Shown here one piece after another: positions 34,733 through 43,732 of a stretch of DNA of 64,000 nucleotides. The notes under the pieces are model-generated. The model searched no databases, had not been told where the DNA came from, and saw nothing but the letters and a program-made list of their open reading frames with translations. The position numbers were made by a program, and so were the translations under genes. Positions within the stretch are counted from its first letter, which is position 1. Every line of letters begins with the position of its first letter. Location of the stretch: sequence record MN850615.1; one strand, 5' to 3'. This DNA is from Escherichia phage kvi.

Positions 34733-35902
34733 TTACCAATCAATCTTATCAGCCGGAATAAGTTTCTTATAATTCCGTAGATAGTAAGTTTTCATTGAAT
34801 CCAGAATACGGTCATAATCAAGACCATCAAATGCAATCATCAGACACATGAAAATATATGCTTGTGCATCACCATGTTTACGTGATTCGATAGTCGCATT
34901 TGATGCATATGTCTTTCTGTCTTCTCCCGCGTGTGCGTTATAAAATTCTGTTGCTGTCGTGAAGGCATTGCGAAGAATAGACCTGAATGCTTCCTCGAAT
35001 AGCTCGATTCGTTCCAGTGCTTCCGGTTCGCCTTCATATGCAGCACGCAAATCATCGGTTTCGCTTTCTACGACATAGTAGATCAGGTTATTAGGAAACA
35101 TCGATGTGTTTTTAATGTTATGCACACCAATATACCATTCACTCTTCACTTTGAACATTTGACCGTCTTTAGTGCGTGCAACAATTCCTTCGATACCTTC
35201 TGCGGTCCGAACTTCATCAAGAATATTGCTAAAACGCGCTGAATCAACCTGTAACGCATTTACCAGATGAGGACGTAGGATTGCGTCAGCAAATAGCATT
35301 TGATGCGGTACGTACTCTCCTGTGACGTTATGGCGTACATTCAGAAGTGTTAGCGACGGTTCAGAATATTCTACAACAATTCGGTTGCTGGGTGCTGTAT
35401 ATTCAAAGTTGAAAGTATAATCAGACCCAATATCAGCAATCTTAGCGCGTAGATCCGCATACTTCTCTGAATACAGAAGACCGTTTGCTCTCTCTGCCTG
35501 GCTTGAGTACAAGGCCGCTTTAGACTTCAACTGAACATAGCCGTTATCAATGTATGTGCTTACTAGACTACCGTCCATTTTGTCCATGACCATTTCCACA
35601 TCTTCCGGCTTAAAGCGAGCGCGATCATTCTCACCCAAATTAAAAAACTTCTCCATAGGACGAGATGCGATGCGGACCGGACGACCTTTATCGTCAATTT
35701 CAAACATGATCCCGCGACACTCTAACGCATCTGGTTTATTCCACATTTCCGGTTTGCTCAAGTACAGATAGCTAAAAATGCGCATACGGGTTTGCATCGC
35801 CGTAATTTCATCTTTGTAATAGAACGTATCAGATCCGTCACATAGTGCCATCAGATTTTTGAACAATGCTAAAACTTTTTTGTTGTTTTCTTTTGTTGAC
35901 AT
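34733..35902 (-). CDS. rnlA: RNA ligase 1
   Basis: 389 aa; RIASRPMEKFFNLGEN, KMDGSLVS match T4 RnlA. Confidence 0.85.
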   Translation of the reverse strand: MSTKENNKKVLALFKNLMALCDGSDTFYYKDEITAMQTRMRIFSYLYLSKPEMWNKPDALECRGIMFEIDDKGRPVRIASRPMEKFFNLGENDRARFKPEDVEMVMDKMDGSLVSTYIDNGYVQLKSKAALYSSQAERANGLLYSEKYADLRAKIADIGSDYTFNFEYTAPSNRIVVEYSEPSLTLLNVRHNVTGEYVPHQMLFADAILRPHLVNALQVDSARFSNILDEVRTAEGIEGIVARTKDGQMFKVKSEWYIGVHNIKNTSMFPNNLIYYVVESETDDLRAAYEGEPEALERIELFEEAFRSILRNAFTTATEFYNAHAGEDRKTYASNATIESRKHGDAQAYIFMCLMIAFDGLDYDRILDSMKTYYLRNYKKLIPADKIDW

Positions 35903-36299
35903 AATTTGTGTTCCATTCTGGTTTAAATTTGGTGATCAAAACAGGTTCTTCGATATCGGCAGTGCTTATAATATCCTTGCCCGTTGGATTCTCAATATAT
36001 AACTCAAAGCACTGGCGGTAATAGAATGTTACTGTCTTACCTTCCTCTAGCGCCTTATGAATATTCTTACTCTTGCGAGTATCCGCTGTTGGTGTTTGTC
36101 TGTTAATGCTAGTCCGGTAATAATTGATCCGCTTTCTGAGATTGACAGTCTGACCAATGTATACCAGTTCATCATCAACCGAAATAGCGTAAAGAACATT
36201 TAAACGGTTCTTCTGAGGCGGTAGAATCACGTCACCATCTTTACACTCTAAACATGAATATTTAACGAATCCATAGTTTTCTATTAGCTCATTAATCAT
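35838..36299 (-). CDS. denA: Endonuclease II (GIY-YIG)
   Basis: 153 aa; VLYAISVDDELVYIGQTVNLRKRINYYRTSINR near-identical to recalled T4 DenA; C-terminal extension overlaps rnlA. Confidence 0.85.
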   Translation of the reverse strand: MINELIENYGFVKYSCLECKDGDVILPPQKNRLNVLYAISVDDELVYIGQTVNLRKRINYYRTSINRQTPTADTRKSKNIHKALEEGKTVTFYYRQCFELYIENPTGKDIISTADIEEPVLITKFKPEWNTNYVNKRKQQKSFSIVQKSDGTM

Positions 36300-36317
36300 T
36301 ATCCTTTCCTCACGTCA

Positions 36318-36342
36318 CAACAAAGGCGGGATTTCTCCCGCC
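36318..36342 (-). terminator. Terminator-like hairpin
   Basis: GGCGGGA-TTTC-TCCCGCC. Confidence 0.45.
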
Positions 36343-36349
36343 CACCTTA

Positions 36350-36748
36350 TTAACTTTCCAGAATATCGCGAGCTTCGTTACGCTCCTTGATGATTTTCAG
36401 GACAAATTCCAGTTTTTCTTTGTTTAGTGTTCCGTTTTCCATTGCTTCTTTGACGGTAAACACTCCGCCACCTTGACCGTATACAGTGACAGTGATTTCA
36501 CCTAACATCGTGGTATGAAAACCGCCAATTTTCGGTGATTCGAAAGAAACAATTACCTCGCGGACAGTATTACCGTCGTTGATTTCTGAGAGGGTAATGT
36601 CGTTTTTGTAGGCGGTTGCTTTAACCATACGGATCAGCATAGTCTGATCTGGGGAGATGGTCATTTTGTCCATTGCATGTTGCAATGCAGCGTAACCGAA
36701 AACTTTAACGAAGTCCAGAACGTCTTTGCGAGTTTGAAATTTAATCAT
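36350..36748 (-). CDS. Hypothetical protein
   Basis: 132 aa; downstream of promoter at 36782. Confidence 0.55.
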   Translation of the reverse strand: MIKFQTRKDVLDFVKVFGYAALQHAMDKMTISPDQTMLIRMVKATAYKNDITLSEINDGNTVREVIVSFESPKIGGFHTTMLGEITVTVYGQGGGVFTVKEAMENGTLNKEKLEFVLKIIKERNEARDILES

Positions 36749-36781
36749 CTTGATACTCCTTAGTTGTTTTGGTATGGGAGT

Positions 36782-36810
36782 ATCTTACTACTCCCGTGAT
36801 ATGCTGTCAA
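36782..36810 (-). promoter_or_regulatory. Early promoter variant (TTGACA-17-TAAGAT) with hairpin over -10
   Basis: Same GGGAGTAGTAAGATACTCCC element as at 27148. Confidence 0.5.
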
Positions 36811-36818
36811 CTGCTTTT

Positions 36819-36968
36819 TTATGCAACCGCAAACATCAACATTTGAACATTCTTGGCTGTCTGGCTTTCAAAGTTCTGACATTCTTTGATAATGTCCTCT
36901 ACTTTCTCGCCGGAGATCTCCGCGTAAGTTTCGATTGCCATTTTCAGTACCGCGTCAAAGTTGTTCAT
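36819..36968 (-). CDS. Hypothetical small protein (49 aa)
   Basis: Not in track; conserved leader/SD. Confidence 0.4.
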   Translation of the reverse strand: MNNFDAVLKMAIETYAEISGEKVEDIIKECQNFESQTAKNVQMLMFAVA

Positions 36969-37006
36969 TTGATTCTCCTTAAAGTGTATTTCGTTTCGAT
37001 GGGGGT

Positions 37007-37035
37007 ATATTAATACCCCCGTTATTCAGTGTCAA
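37007..37035 (-). promoter_or_regulatory. Early promoter variant with hairpin over -10
   Basis: TTGACA then GGGGTATTAATATACCCCC palindrome. Confidence 0.45.
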
Positions 37036-37254
37036 CTACTTTTTAATGACAATTTCGAATTTTGCTACCTTTCGTCCTCGTTTATTGAAAGCAACCCACG
37101 GACGGTTTTCAATATAGAACAATTCTTCGCCAATAATGAATACTGGCTGATTGTAAAGGCGACCCATCAGGTCACGCTGGCGAATGGTAGTAGATTCGTA
37201 TACTTCGCCTACTACAAAGTGTTTGCTGATAGAGTCGGTGCAAGTAAATTTCAT
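37036..37254 (-). CDS. Hypothetical protein
   Basis: 72 aa. Confidence 0.5.
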   Translation of the reverse strand: MKFTCTDSISKHFVVGEVYESTTIRQRDLMGRLYNQPVFIIGEELFYIENRPWVAFNKRGRKVAKFEIVIKK

Positions 37255-37283
37255 TTTGATTCTCCTTTGTTTCTTGGTGGGGT

Positions 37284-37313
37284 ATATTACTACCCCCCGT
37301 TATTCAGTGTCAA
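37284..37313 (-). promoter_or_regulatory. Early promoter variant with hairpin over -10
   Basis: TTGACA-18-TAATAT, GGGGGGTAGTAATATACCCC. Confidence 0.45.
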
Positions 37314-37320
37314 CTACTTT

Positions 37321-37539
37321 TTACTTGTTGTATTCATTCCACCATTGAGTGAGCTTATCAATTATTTTTGTGTTTCTATCCAACTTATCCCACCGTTTTC
37401 TAGGGTTTATCAACCGGAATAGGTAAGGTGTACTTGTTAAGTGAACTCGGTCAATGTAGTGATTGATGTACTGCTTTTCGATTCTAAGTTTCATCTTTTT
37501 ACGATGAAAATATGCAATGACTTGTTCTTCTGTTTCCAT
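37321..37539 (-). CDS. Hypothetical protein
   Basis: 72 aa. Confidence 0.5.
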   Translation of the reverse strand: METEEQVIAYFHRKKMKLRIEKQYINHYIDRVHLTSTPYLFRLINPRKRWDKLDRNTKIIDKLTQWWNEYNK

Positions 37540-37563
37540 ATGTTCCTCCGTTTCGATGTGCGT

Positions 37564-37592
37564 ATTATGCTATGGCAAGATCAGATTGTCAA
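37564..37592 (-). promoter_or_regulatory. Early promoter (TTGACA-17-CATAAT)
   Basis: rc of TGTCAA..ATTATG. Confidence 0.6.
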
Positions 37593-37603
37593 CACCCAAT
37601 AAC

Positions 37604-37628
37604 AAAAAAAGTCGCCACTATGGGCGAC
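37604..37628 (-). terminator. Rho-independent terminator
   Basis: GTCGCC-ACTATG-GGCGAC followed on - strand by TTTTTTT. Confidence 0.55.
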
Positions 37629-37640
37629 TTTGAACAAACA

Positions 37641-38117
37641 TTAATCATGACCGTGATTTGCAATATCCGCTCGCGTCTTATCTTTGTGATTTCCTACGTC
37701 AAAGACACGATAACCATTTTCACGCAAAACTTTAATCACTTCTGGGTTATCCTCAAAGACTCCGACAACTTCATCTTTATCAAAGGATTTAATTACCTCT
37801 AATTTGATGTGATAGTCTTTACGGGAATCTGTACGGCCTCTCATAAAGATTTTATCAAAACACACCCCGTTAGAAATTAACCAATCAATTGTTTCCATGT
37901 AAGCATGTGAACTTCGTCCGGTGAGGATGTAAATCAAATGCCCGTTGTCGGAAAGAGCATTAATAACACGAATTACATCGTAAATGGGGGAATCTCCCCC
38001 ACATGCCTTGTTATATTCGATCCATGACTCGACTTTATCAAGATTTTCGGTTGGCATCTTTGCTAGTCGATGCGTTGGATCTGTGATCGTAAAATCTAAA
38101 TCGACAAAATATATCAT
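37641..38117 (-). CDS. HAD-superfamily phosphatase-like protein
   Basis: 158 aa; N-terminal FVDLDFTI (DxD motif), ILTGR. Confidence 0.45.
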   Translation of the reverse strand: MIYFVDLDFTITDPTHRLAKMPTENLDKVESWIEYNKACGGDSPIYDVIRVINALSDNGHLIYILTGRSSHAYMETIDWLISNGVCFDKIFMRGRTDSRKDYHIKLEVIKSFDKDEVVGVFEDNPEVIKVLRENGYRVFDVGNHKDKTRADIANHGHD

Positions 38118-39274
38118 AGATATTTCCCGAATCGGTTGTAGTCATCGTCTGTTAAATCGGTATTAACCTGAGATACCAGATACATGATCTCTACTTCTTG
38201 CGCCGCGTTTTGAACTTCGTCAGAGTTCAACCATTTACGCATCCACGGTAACGGATGACGACGAACACTAAACGGGCTTTTCAGTCCGGCAGCACGCATA
38301 CGGGAATCTGCCAGGTATTCTACATAGGTTTTCAGAATTTCCGGTGACAGGTTAGGAATTGCCCCCATTGCGAATAGGTGGTCTACCCATTCTTTTTCTT
38401 GCTCGACAACATCCAGAAAGATTTTCGTTGCTTCGCCTTCAAGTTCTTCCGCAATCTGTTTCCACTCATCACCATCAACCCCCGTTTGCCATTGACGAAT
38501 AATGTATTGTGTGCCTTTTAAGTGAAGTTGTTCATCACGCGCAATAAATTTCATGATCTTCGCGTTACCTTCCAGTAAACCACGTTCGGCAAAGCTGAAA
38601 GTACATGCAAAGGACACATAAAAACGAATTGCTTCCAGTGCATTGACGCAGTGTGCACACAGATAAATCGAAGCCATCAGATCTCGTTTTGTATCTTCAA
38701 AAAATCTTCTTGCATCATCTAATGCTGTCTGGTCGTCTCGTTCTTCCCAATAACGGAGATCTTCTTTTGCATTCTCATACTTACGAATCCAATAAAGAAC
38801 ATCATCATAATATTTCCCGATAGATTCCGCTCGCTTCATGATAGCAGGGTTATCGATGATCTGGTCGAACTCACTAGCCGGATCAATGAAACAGTTACGC
38901 ATAATGTGTGTATAGCTTCGGCTATGAATCGTTTCGCTGAATGTCCATGTTTGCAACCATGTATCGAGAGTTGGATCAGATACAATTGGACCAAATGCTG
39001 CGGACGGTGCGCGACCTTGAATAGAATCAAGTAATGTCTGATACTTCAAGTTTTCAGTAAAGAAACGCTTTTCAACGTCACCCATATTAAGATATTGAAT
39101 GCGGTCGGTTGCAAGTGAAATTTCTTCTGGACGCCAGAAAAATGACAATTGCTTTTCGATCAGTTCTTCAAATACTTGATGACGCTGAATATCATAGCGA
39201 GCTATACCCAACCCACTACCCAGAAACATCGGTTCGTTCATAATATCAACATGTTCGCGGTTAAATACGCTCAT
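38114..39274 (-). CDS. nrdB: Ribonucleotide reductase beta subunit
   Basis: 386 aa; di-iron motifs (CAHCVNALEAIRF, ARDEQLH). Confidence 0.95.
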   Translation of the reverse strand: MSVFNREHVDIMNEPMFLGSGLGIARYDIQRHQVFEELIEKQLSFFWRPEEISLATDRIQYLNMGDVEKRFFTENLKYQTLLDSIQGRAPSAAFGPIVSDPTLDTWLQTWTFSETIHSRSYTHIMRNCFIDPASEFDQIIDNPAIMKRAESIGKYYDDVLYWIRKYENAKEDLRYWEERDDQTALDDARRFFEDTKRDLMASIYLCAHCVNALEAIRFYVSFACTFSFAERGLLEGNAKIMKFIARDEQLHLKGTQYIIRQWQTGVDGDEWKQIAEELEGEATKIFLDVVEQEKEWVDHLFAMGAIPNLSPEILKTYVEYLADSRMRAAGLKSPFSVRRHPLPWMRKWLNSDEVQNAAQEVEIMYLVSQVNTDLTDDDYNRFGKYL

Positions 39275-39289
39275 TAATTCACCTCACTA

Positions 39290-39457
39290 TCACTTTTTAA
39301 CACAAAAGAACTTAGTATTTCTGTTTATTTCGCTATCCTGCTGCAATTCCTGCACAGCTTCAAAACAATTTTGATATGATGAAAACTCTACGCTGGTAAC
39401 AGTTCCTTTATTATATACGCCTACGCTAACGGAAAGCAATAACCATAATGTAGTCAT
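39290..39457 (-). CDS. Small protein X1 (55 aa), tandem paralog
   Basis: Not in track; MTTLWLLLSVSVGVYNKG..; GAGGTG SD. Confidence 0.4.
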   Translation of the reverse strand: MTTLWLLLSVSVGVYNKGTVTSVEFSSYQNCFEAVQELQQDSEINRNTKFFCVKK

Positions 39458-39630
39458 TAGTTCACCTTTTGTTTTTCAACGCAATATAGATTCATAAAGC
39501 GTTTATTGTCTTCGCTGATAATCTCGCGAGCTTTAACGCAATCCTGCTTTGTTGCAAACTCAATGCTTGACATATTTCCGTAATTATACATTGAATTGCT
39601 TATTGCAATCAATAACCATACAGTAGCCAT
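39457..39630 (-). CDS. Small protein X2 (57 aa), tandem paralog
   Basis: Not in track; MATVWLLIAISNSMYNYG..; TAATG coupling both sides. Confidence 0.4.
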   Translation of the reverse strand: MATVWLLIAISNSMYNYGNMSSIEFATKQDCVKAREIISEDNKRFMNLYCVEKQKVN

Positions 39631-39797
39631 TATCCGACAACCTCAAAACATTTATCATCAGGAAGAATCGCCCATTCTACACCGTATTCATCCTCGACGT
39701 AGTAGCAAGTCCCATCATGTCGAGCATCATATTCATCACCAACAACAAAGCTATCAGCTAGTTCAAAATCTACAGCAACACATTTTAATTTGGTCAT
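39630..39797 (-). CDS. Hypothetical small protein (55 aa)
   Basis: True ATG at 39797 downstream of promoter; track ORF extended upstream. Confidence 0.4.
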   Translation of the reverse strand: MTKLKCVAVDFELADSFVVGDEYDARHDGTCYYVEDEYGVEWAILPDDKCFEVVG

Positions 39798-39828
39798 AAT
39801 AAAATCCTCACTTGTTTTTGATGGTTGT

Positions 39829-39857
39829 ATTATAGCGGGGATTTCTCCCCGCGTCAA
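39829..39857 (-). promoter_or_regulatory. Early promoter with palindromic spacer
   Basis: TTGACG-CGGGGAGAAATCCCCGC-TATAAT. Confidence 0.6.
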
Positions 39858-39865
39858 CACTTATT

Positions 39866-42109
39866 TTACAGCTTGCAAGATGAGCACTCGCTAGAGTCTT
39901 CCGTACCATCTGCACCGTCGCGAACGTTCGCATAATACAGGGTTTTCAGACCGTAATATTGAGCAAACAACATATCATCTAAAACATCAGCAATATCGAC
40001 TTTACCCGTCTTATAAGTGCTTGGATCGTAGGATGTGTTGGAACTAATCGCCTGATCTACAAACTTCTGCATGATCGCTGCCAGTGTCAGATAAGGCTTG
40101 TTACCTTTCTTGATCAGTGTCCAAAGCAGGTCAATAACATCAGCATTATTCTCTACGTTCGGAATAACCTGATTAAATTGCCCTTCTTTCGATCCTTTAA
40201 CCGATACAATACCGCGAGGCGGTTCAATACCGTTTGTGCTGTTAGATACCTGAGAAGACGACTCACAAGGCATCAGAGCCGAAAGCGTACTGTTACGAAT
40301 GCCATATTTTTTCAGGTCTTCGCGCAGTTCTTCCCAATCCATCTCATATACCGGATCAACCAGTTCATCTACTGTCTTTTTGTACCAGTCGATAGGCAGT
40401 TCACCGCGTCCATAACGTGTTTCGTGCATCAGTTCGCAAGCACCCTTCTCTTTAGCCAGTTGCACACTAGCCTTAATCAGAGCATATTGCAAGCGTTCAA
40501 ACGTTTTATGCGTAAACTCGTTAGCGTCTTCATATGTGAAGAAATTATCCGCGAGATACGATGCAAAGTTAGTCACCCCAACACCCAGAGAGCGACGTTT
40601 TTTGGATGTCAGAGCTTGCTCTACAGGATAATCCTGGTAATCTAACAGGTTGTCAAGTGCACGCACCATAACCATAGCAATGCGTTCTACTTCTTCCATA
40701 TTTTCGATATCAAAGTTTCCTAAAACATATGCTGCCAAAGTACATAGGCTGATCTCTGAATCATCACGACCCATCGGTTTTGTAGGCAGAGCAATTTCAC
40801 AACACAGGTTGGATTGTTTAATCGGTGCTACATTACGAATAAACGCCCCGTGATTGTTCATGTTGTCTGTGAACGTTGGGTAGATTCGACCAGTGTTAAA
40901 ACGTTCAATTGCCACCGCTAAAAACAGGTCTTCGGCTTTAACACGAGTTTTACGAACACTCGGATCTTTTTCCAGTTTTTCGTAAAGCTGGCGGAAACCT
41001 TCCTCATCTCGGAAGTATAGATCCCACAACAAGCCACCTGCAACATCTGGACTAAACAGAGTAATGTAATCCCGTTTAAGGAATCGCTCTACCATCAGGT
41101 TATTAATCTGTACGCCGTAATCAAGATGACGAATGCGGTTATCTTCCACCCCCTTATTGTTCTTTAACACAATCAGACTTTCAAACTCTAAATGCCACAT
41201 TGGGTAATAGAGAGTCGCCGCCCCGCCACGAATACCGCCTTGTGAGCATGACTTAACGGCAGTCTGAAAATGTTTCCAGAATGGGATAACGCCAGTATGA
41301 CGAACTTCACCATGCCCGATCTTAGATCCTTCCGCGCGAATCATACCAGCATTGATACCGATACCAGCACGCTTGCTAATATACTTGATGATTGCATTTG
41401 CTGTTTCGTTGATGCCCTGCAATGAGTCATCACTTTCAATCACCACACACGAACTAAATTGGCGTGTTGGGGTACGCACACCAGCCATAATCGGAGTAGG
41501 CAGAGATATTTGCTTATTCGCAACAGCATTATAAAAATCAATCACATGTTCAAGTCGATTTTCTGTCTCTTCTTGATGCAAGCACATACCGATCAGCATA
41601 TACGCAAATTGCGGTGTTTCGATGATTTTCTTAGTGCTGCGATCCTGAACAAGATATTTCTCTTTTAACTGCATAGCACCAGCATAGGTCATTTTAAAAT
41701 CAAGTTTATGGTCGATGAATTTCTCCAGATATTCCACTTCTTCACGGGAATACTTTTGCAGAATTTCGCGATCATATTTTCCGGTTGCAATATTACGCTC
41801 AATATGGCTGTAAAAATCAATCGGTTGGAATTGACCGTATACTGATTTGCGAAGCGCGAACATTGCAAGGTTACTTGCTACATATTGATAATCGGGTGTT
41901 TCTACAGTAATGTTATCTGCGGCGACCTTAATCAATACTTTCTGGATATCATTGGTAGACATACCTTCTGTCAGAAGTGGTTCAACCATATCAAACAATT
42001 CATATGGATCAACGTTATGACCTTCGGCTGCCGCTTCCAGAATTTTCATTACTTTTTCTTTTTCAAACGGAACAGTCAGACCGGAAGACTTAACAACATT
42101 TTTAATCAT
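39866..42109 (-). CDS. nrdA: Ribonucleotide reductase alpha subunit
   Basis: 747 aa; ATP-cone N-terminus; class Ia catalytic region. Confidence 0.95.
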   Translation of the reverse strand: MIKNVVKSSGLTVPFEKEKVMKILEAAAEGHNVDPYELFDMVEPLLTEGMSTNDIQKVLIKVAADNITVETPDYQYVASNLAMFALRKSVYGQFQPIDFYSHIERNIATGKYDREILQKYSREEVEYLEKFIDHKLDFKMTYAGAMQLKEKYLVQDRSTKKIIETPQFAYMLIGMCLHQEETENRLEHVIDFYNAVANKQISLPTPIMAGVRTPTRQFSSCVVIESDDSLQGINETANAIIKYISKRAGIGINAGMIRAEGSKIGHGEVRHTGVIPFWKHFQTAVKSCSQGGIRGGAATLYYPMWHLEFESLIVLKNNKGVEDNRIRHLDYGVQINNLMVERFLKRDYITLFSPDVAGGLLWDLYFRDEEGFRQLYEKLEKDPSVRKTRVKAEDLFLAVAIERFNTGRIYPTFTDNMNNHGAFIRNVAPIKQSNLCCEIALPTKPMGRDDSEISLCTLAAYVLGNFDIENMEEVERIAMVMVRALDNLLDYQDYPVEQALTSKKRRSLGVGVTNFASYLADNFFTYEDANEFTHKTFERLQYALIKASVQLAKEKGACELMHETRYGRGELPIDWYKKTVDELVDPVYEMDWEELREDLKKYGIRNSTLSALMPCESSSQVSNSTNGIEPPRGIVSVKGSKEGQFNQVIPNVENNADVIDLLWTLIKKGNKPYLTLAAIMQKFVDQAISSNTSYDPSTYKTGKVDIADVLDDMLFAQYYGLKTLYYANVRDGADGTEDSSECSSCKL

Positions 42110-42156
42110 ATTACCTCACTTCATATTTTAGCAGGAACAAGTTTATCCTCCATATT

Positions 42157-42180
42157 GGGGGCTTTCGCCCCCTTTGTTTA
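42157..42180 (+). other. GC hairpin with + strand T-tract in a - strand gene gap
   Basis: GGGGGC-TTTC-GCCCCC followed by TTTGTTTA. Confidence 0.4.
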
Positions 42181-43398
42181 TACTGCCATTTGAGCGGTGA
42201 TCGCTGGATGGCTTTGATAGTTGTGAATTTTAAAGTCTTTCGGAGTCTTTGTCAATACCTCATCTAAAGATTTAAATTCCGGCAACTCAATTGTTGGTTT
42301 ATCAAACGGAACACGGCTTAACTGTTCCATAACTTGATCAAAGTGGTTTTTGTAAATGTGAGTATCTCCACCAGAGAAAATCAGTTCTCCTACCTCAAGA
42401 TCACACATTTTCGCTATGATGTGAGTTAACAGCGCATAGCTGGCAACATTAAAGGGCAAGCCCAAAAAGCTGTCTACGCTTCGCTGAAACCACATACAAG
42501 ACAGTTTACCTTCATTGACGTAGAATTGCACGAAAGGATGACATACACCTAATACAGCATTATGTGTTCCCTGTACGTTCCATGAGTCAATAATGATCCG
42601 GCGATCCGTTGGATTGTTTTTAATTTGTTCAATCACGTTTTGTAACTGGTCTTCCCAAATCTTCGGGCGATAGACATATTCTTCATCGTCTTTAGTGCTT
42701 GATGTGTCTACGTCCATACTAACAAACATCGTGGTATCCGGTGCTATAATATCCCCACCCAGATAATCACTATCAAGCAGATAACCGAAATAACCATCAT
42801 CTACCCATTCCTGGAATCCCCACAAGCAATATGCATCATTAACAAAATTAGATTGAGTCTTCCAGTGGTCTGCTACCAGAATATAATCAAACTCTTCATA
42901 ACGCATACCACGCCAGATAGCACATAAACGGTCTTCTGTGTCATTGGTTGGCGTAAAGTCTTCTACCCACGGGTGCTTAAATGTATGTGTATATTTGCTC
43001 TTAACGCGCTTAATTTTGATTTCACCATGTGGATGAATCGGTTTGCGTCGCCACGCCATACCATACATATTGCCGACATTATAACCATTGAATCGCAAGG
43101 GATTCTTTTCTTTCATATCAAGACAGTTGCCGCGCCAAATATCAAAGGCTTCCTCGTCAAACTTGCCGCGTGTAATTTCCTGTAAGCGACGGCGGTCAAG
43201 TGATCCCTCCATAAACCATAGCAATTCGCCAATTACAGAGGCTGTAGCCATCTTTTTAGTGGTCAGTAATGGGAAACCCTTGCTTAAATCAATTCGCATC
43301 TCTGCGCCGAATTTAGAGAGCGTACCTACCCCCGTGCGGTCTTCACGAGGACAGCCATTATCAAGAACATCACGCAATAGTTTCAAATATTCTTTCAT
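42178..43398 (-). CDS. td: Thymidylate synthase with large internal insertion
   Basis: 406 aa; conserved TS blocks (FPLLTTKK, DSWNV, CH, GLPFNVASYALLTHIIAKMCDLEVGE) split by about 130 extra residues. Confidence 0.8.
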   Translation of the reverse strand: MKEYLKLLRDVLDNGCPREDRTGVGTLSKFGAEMRIDLSKGFPLLTTKKMATASVIGELLWFMEGSLDRRRLQEITRGKFDEEAFDIWRGNCLDMKEKNPLRFNGYNVGNMYGMAWRRKPIHPHGEIKIKRVKSKYTHTFKHPWVEDFTPTNDTEDRLCAIWRGMRYEEFDYILVADHWKTQSNFVNDAYCLWGFQEWVDDGYFGYLLDSDYLGGDIIAPDTTMFVSMDVDTSSTKDDEEYVYRPKIWEDQLQNVIEQIKNNPTDRRIIIDSWNVQGTHNAVLGVCHPFVQFYVNEGKLSCMWFQRSVDSFLGLPFNVASYALLTHIIAKMCDLEVGELIFSGGDTHIYKNHFDQVMEQLSRVPFDKPTIELPEFKSLDEVLTKTPKDFKIHNYQSHPAITAQMAV

Positions 43399-43639
43399 CC
43401 CACATCACCTTTTTCTTATTGATTGCTTTCTTACGCAGTTTTGCTACTGTCTCGTCAATGTCTATAAAGATAACACCACGGTCGAATATAGTAGCAGGTC
43501 TTGATATATCGCTATTTTCTTGCACAGGAAACCATGATGCGCTCGCTTCATCATAGAGATATTGTAAACCGTAATAATCTACGGCTACTGCGTAGTTTTC
43601 ACTGGTAGCTGTCCATAATTGAATAATACCGACTTTCAT
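43370..43639 (-). CDS. Hypothetical protein
   Basis: 89 aa from ATG 43639. Confidence 0.45.
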   Translation of the reverse strand: MKVGIIQLWTATSENYAVAVDYYGLQYLYDEASASWFPVQENSDISRPATIFDRGVIFIDIDETVAKLRKKAINKKKVMWDERIFETIA

Positions 43640-43731
43640 TATTGTTCCCGTCCGCAATGTAAGCACCGACTACCAGCAAACATTAAAGATTCACCACAAT
43701 GTTTGCACTCATAATCTGTCAGAATTTTCAT
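43639..43731 (-). CDS. Tiny zinc-ribbon ORF (30 aa)
   Basis: Not in track; CKHCG..CLHCG; TAATG coupling. Confidence 0.25.
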   Translation of the reverse strand: MKILTDYECKHCGESLMFAGSRCLHCGREQ

Positions 43732-43732
43732 G

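Noticed and set aside
42651-43044. Group I intron or intein inside td
   Set aside because: The extra segment is open in frame with no stop codons and lacks the Cys/Ser start and His-Asn end of inteins; an in-frame protein insertion is the simpler reading.
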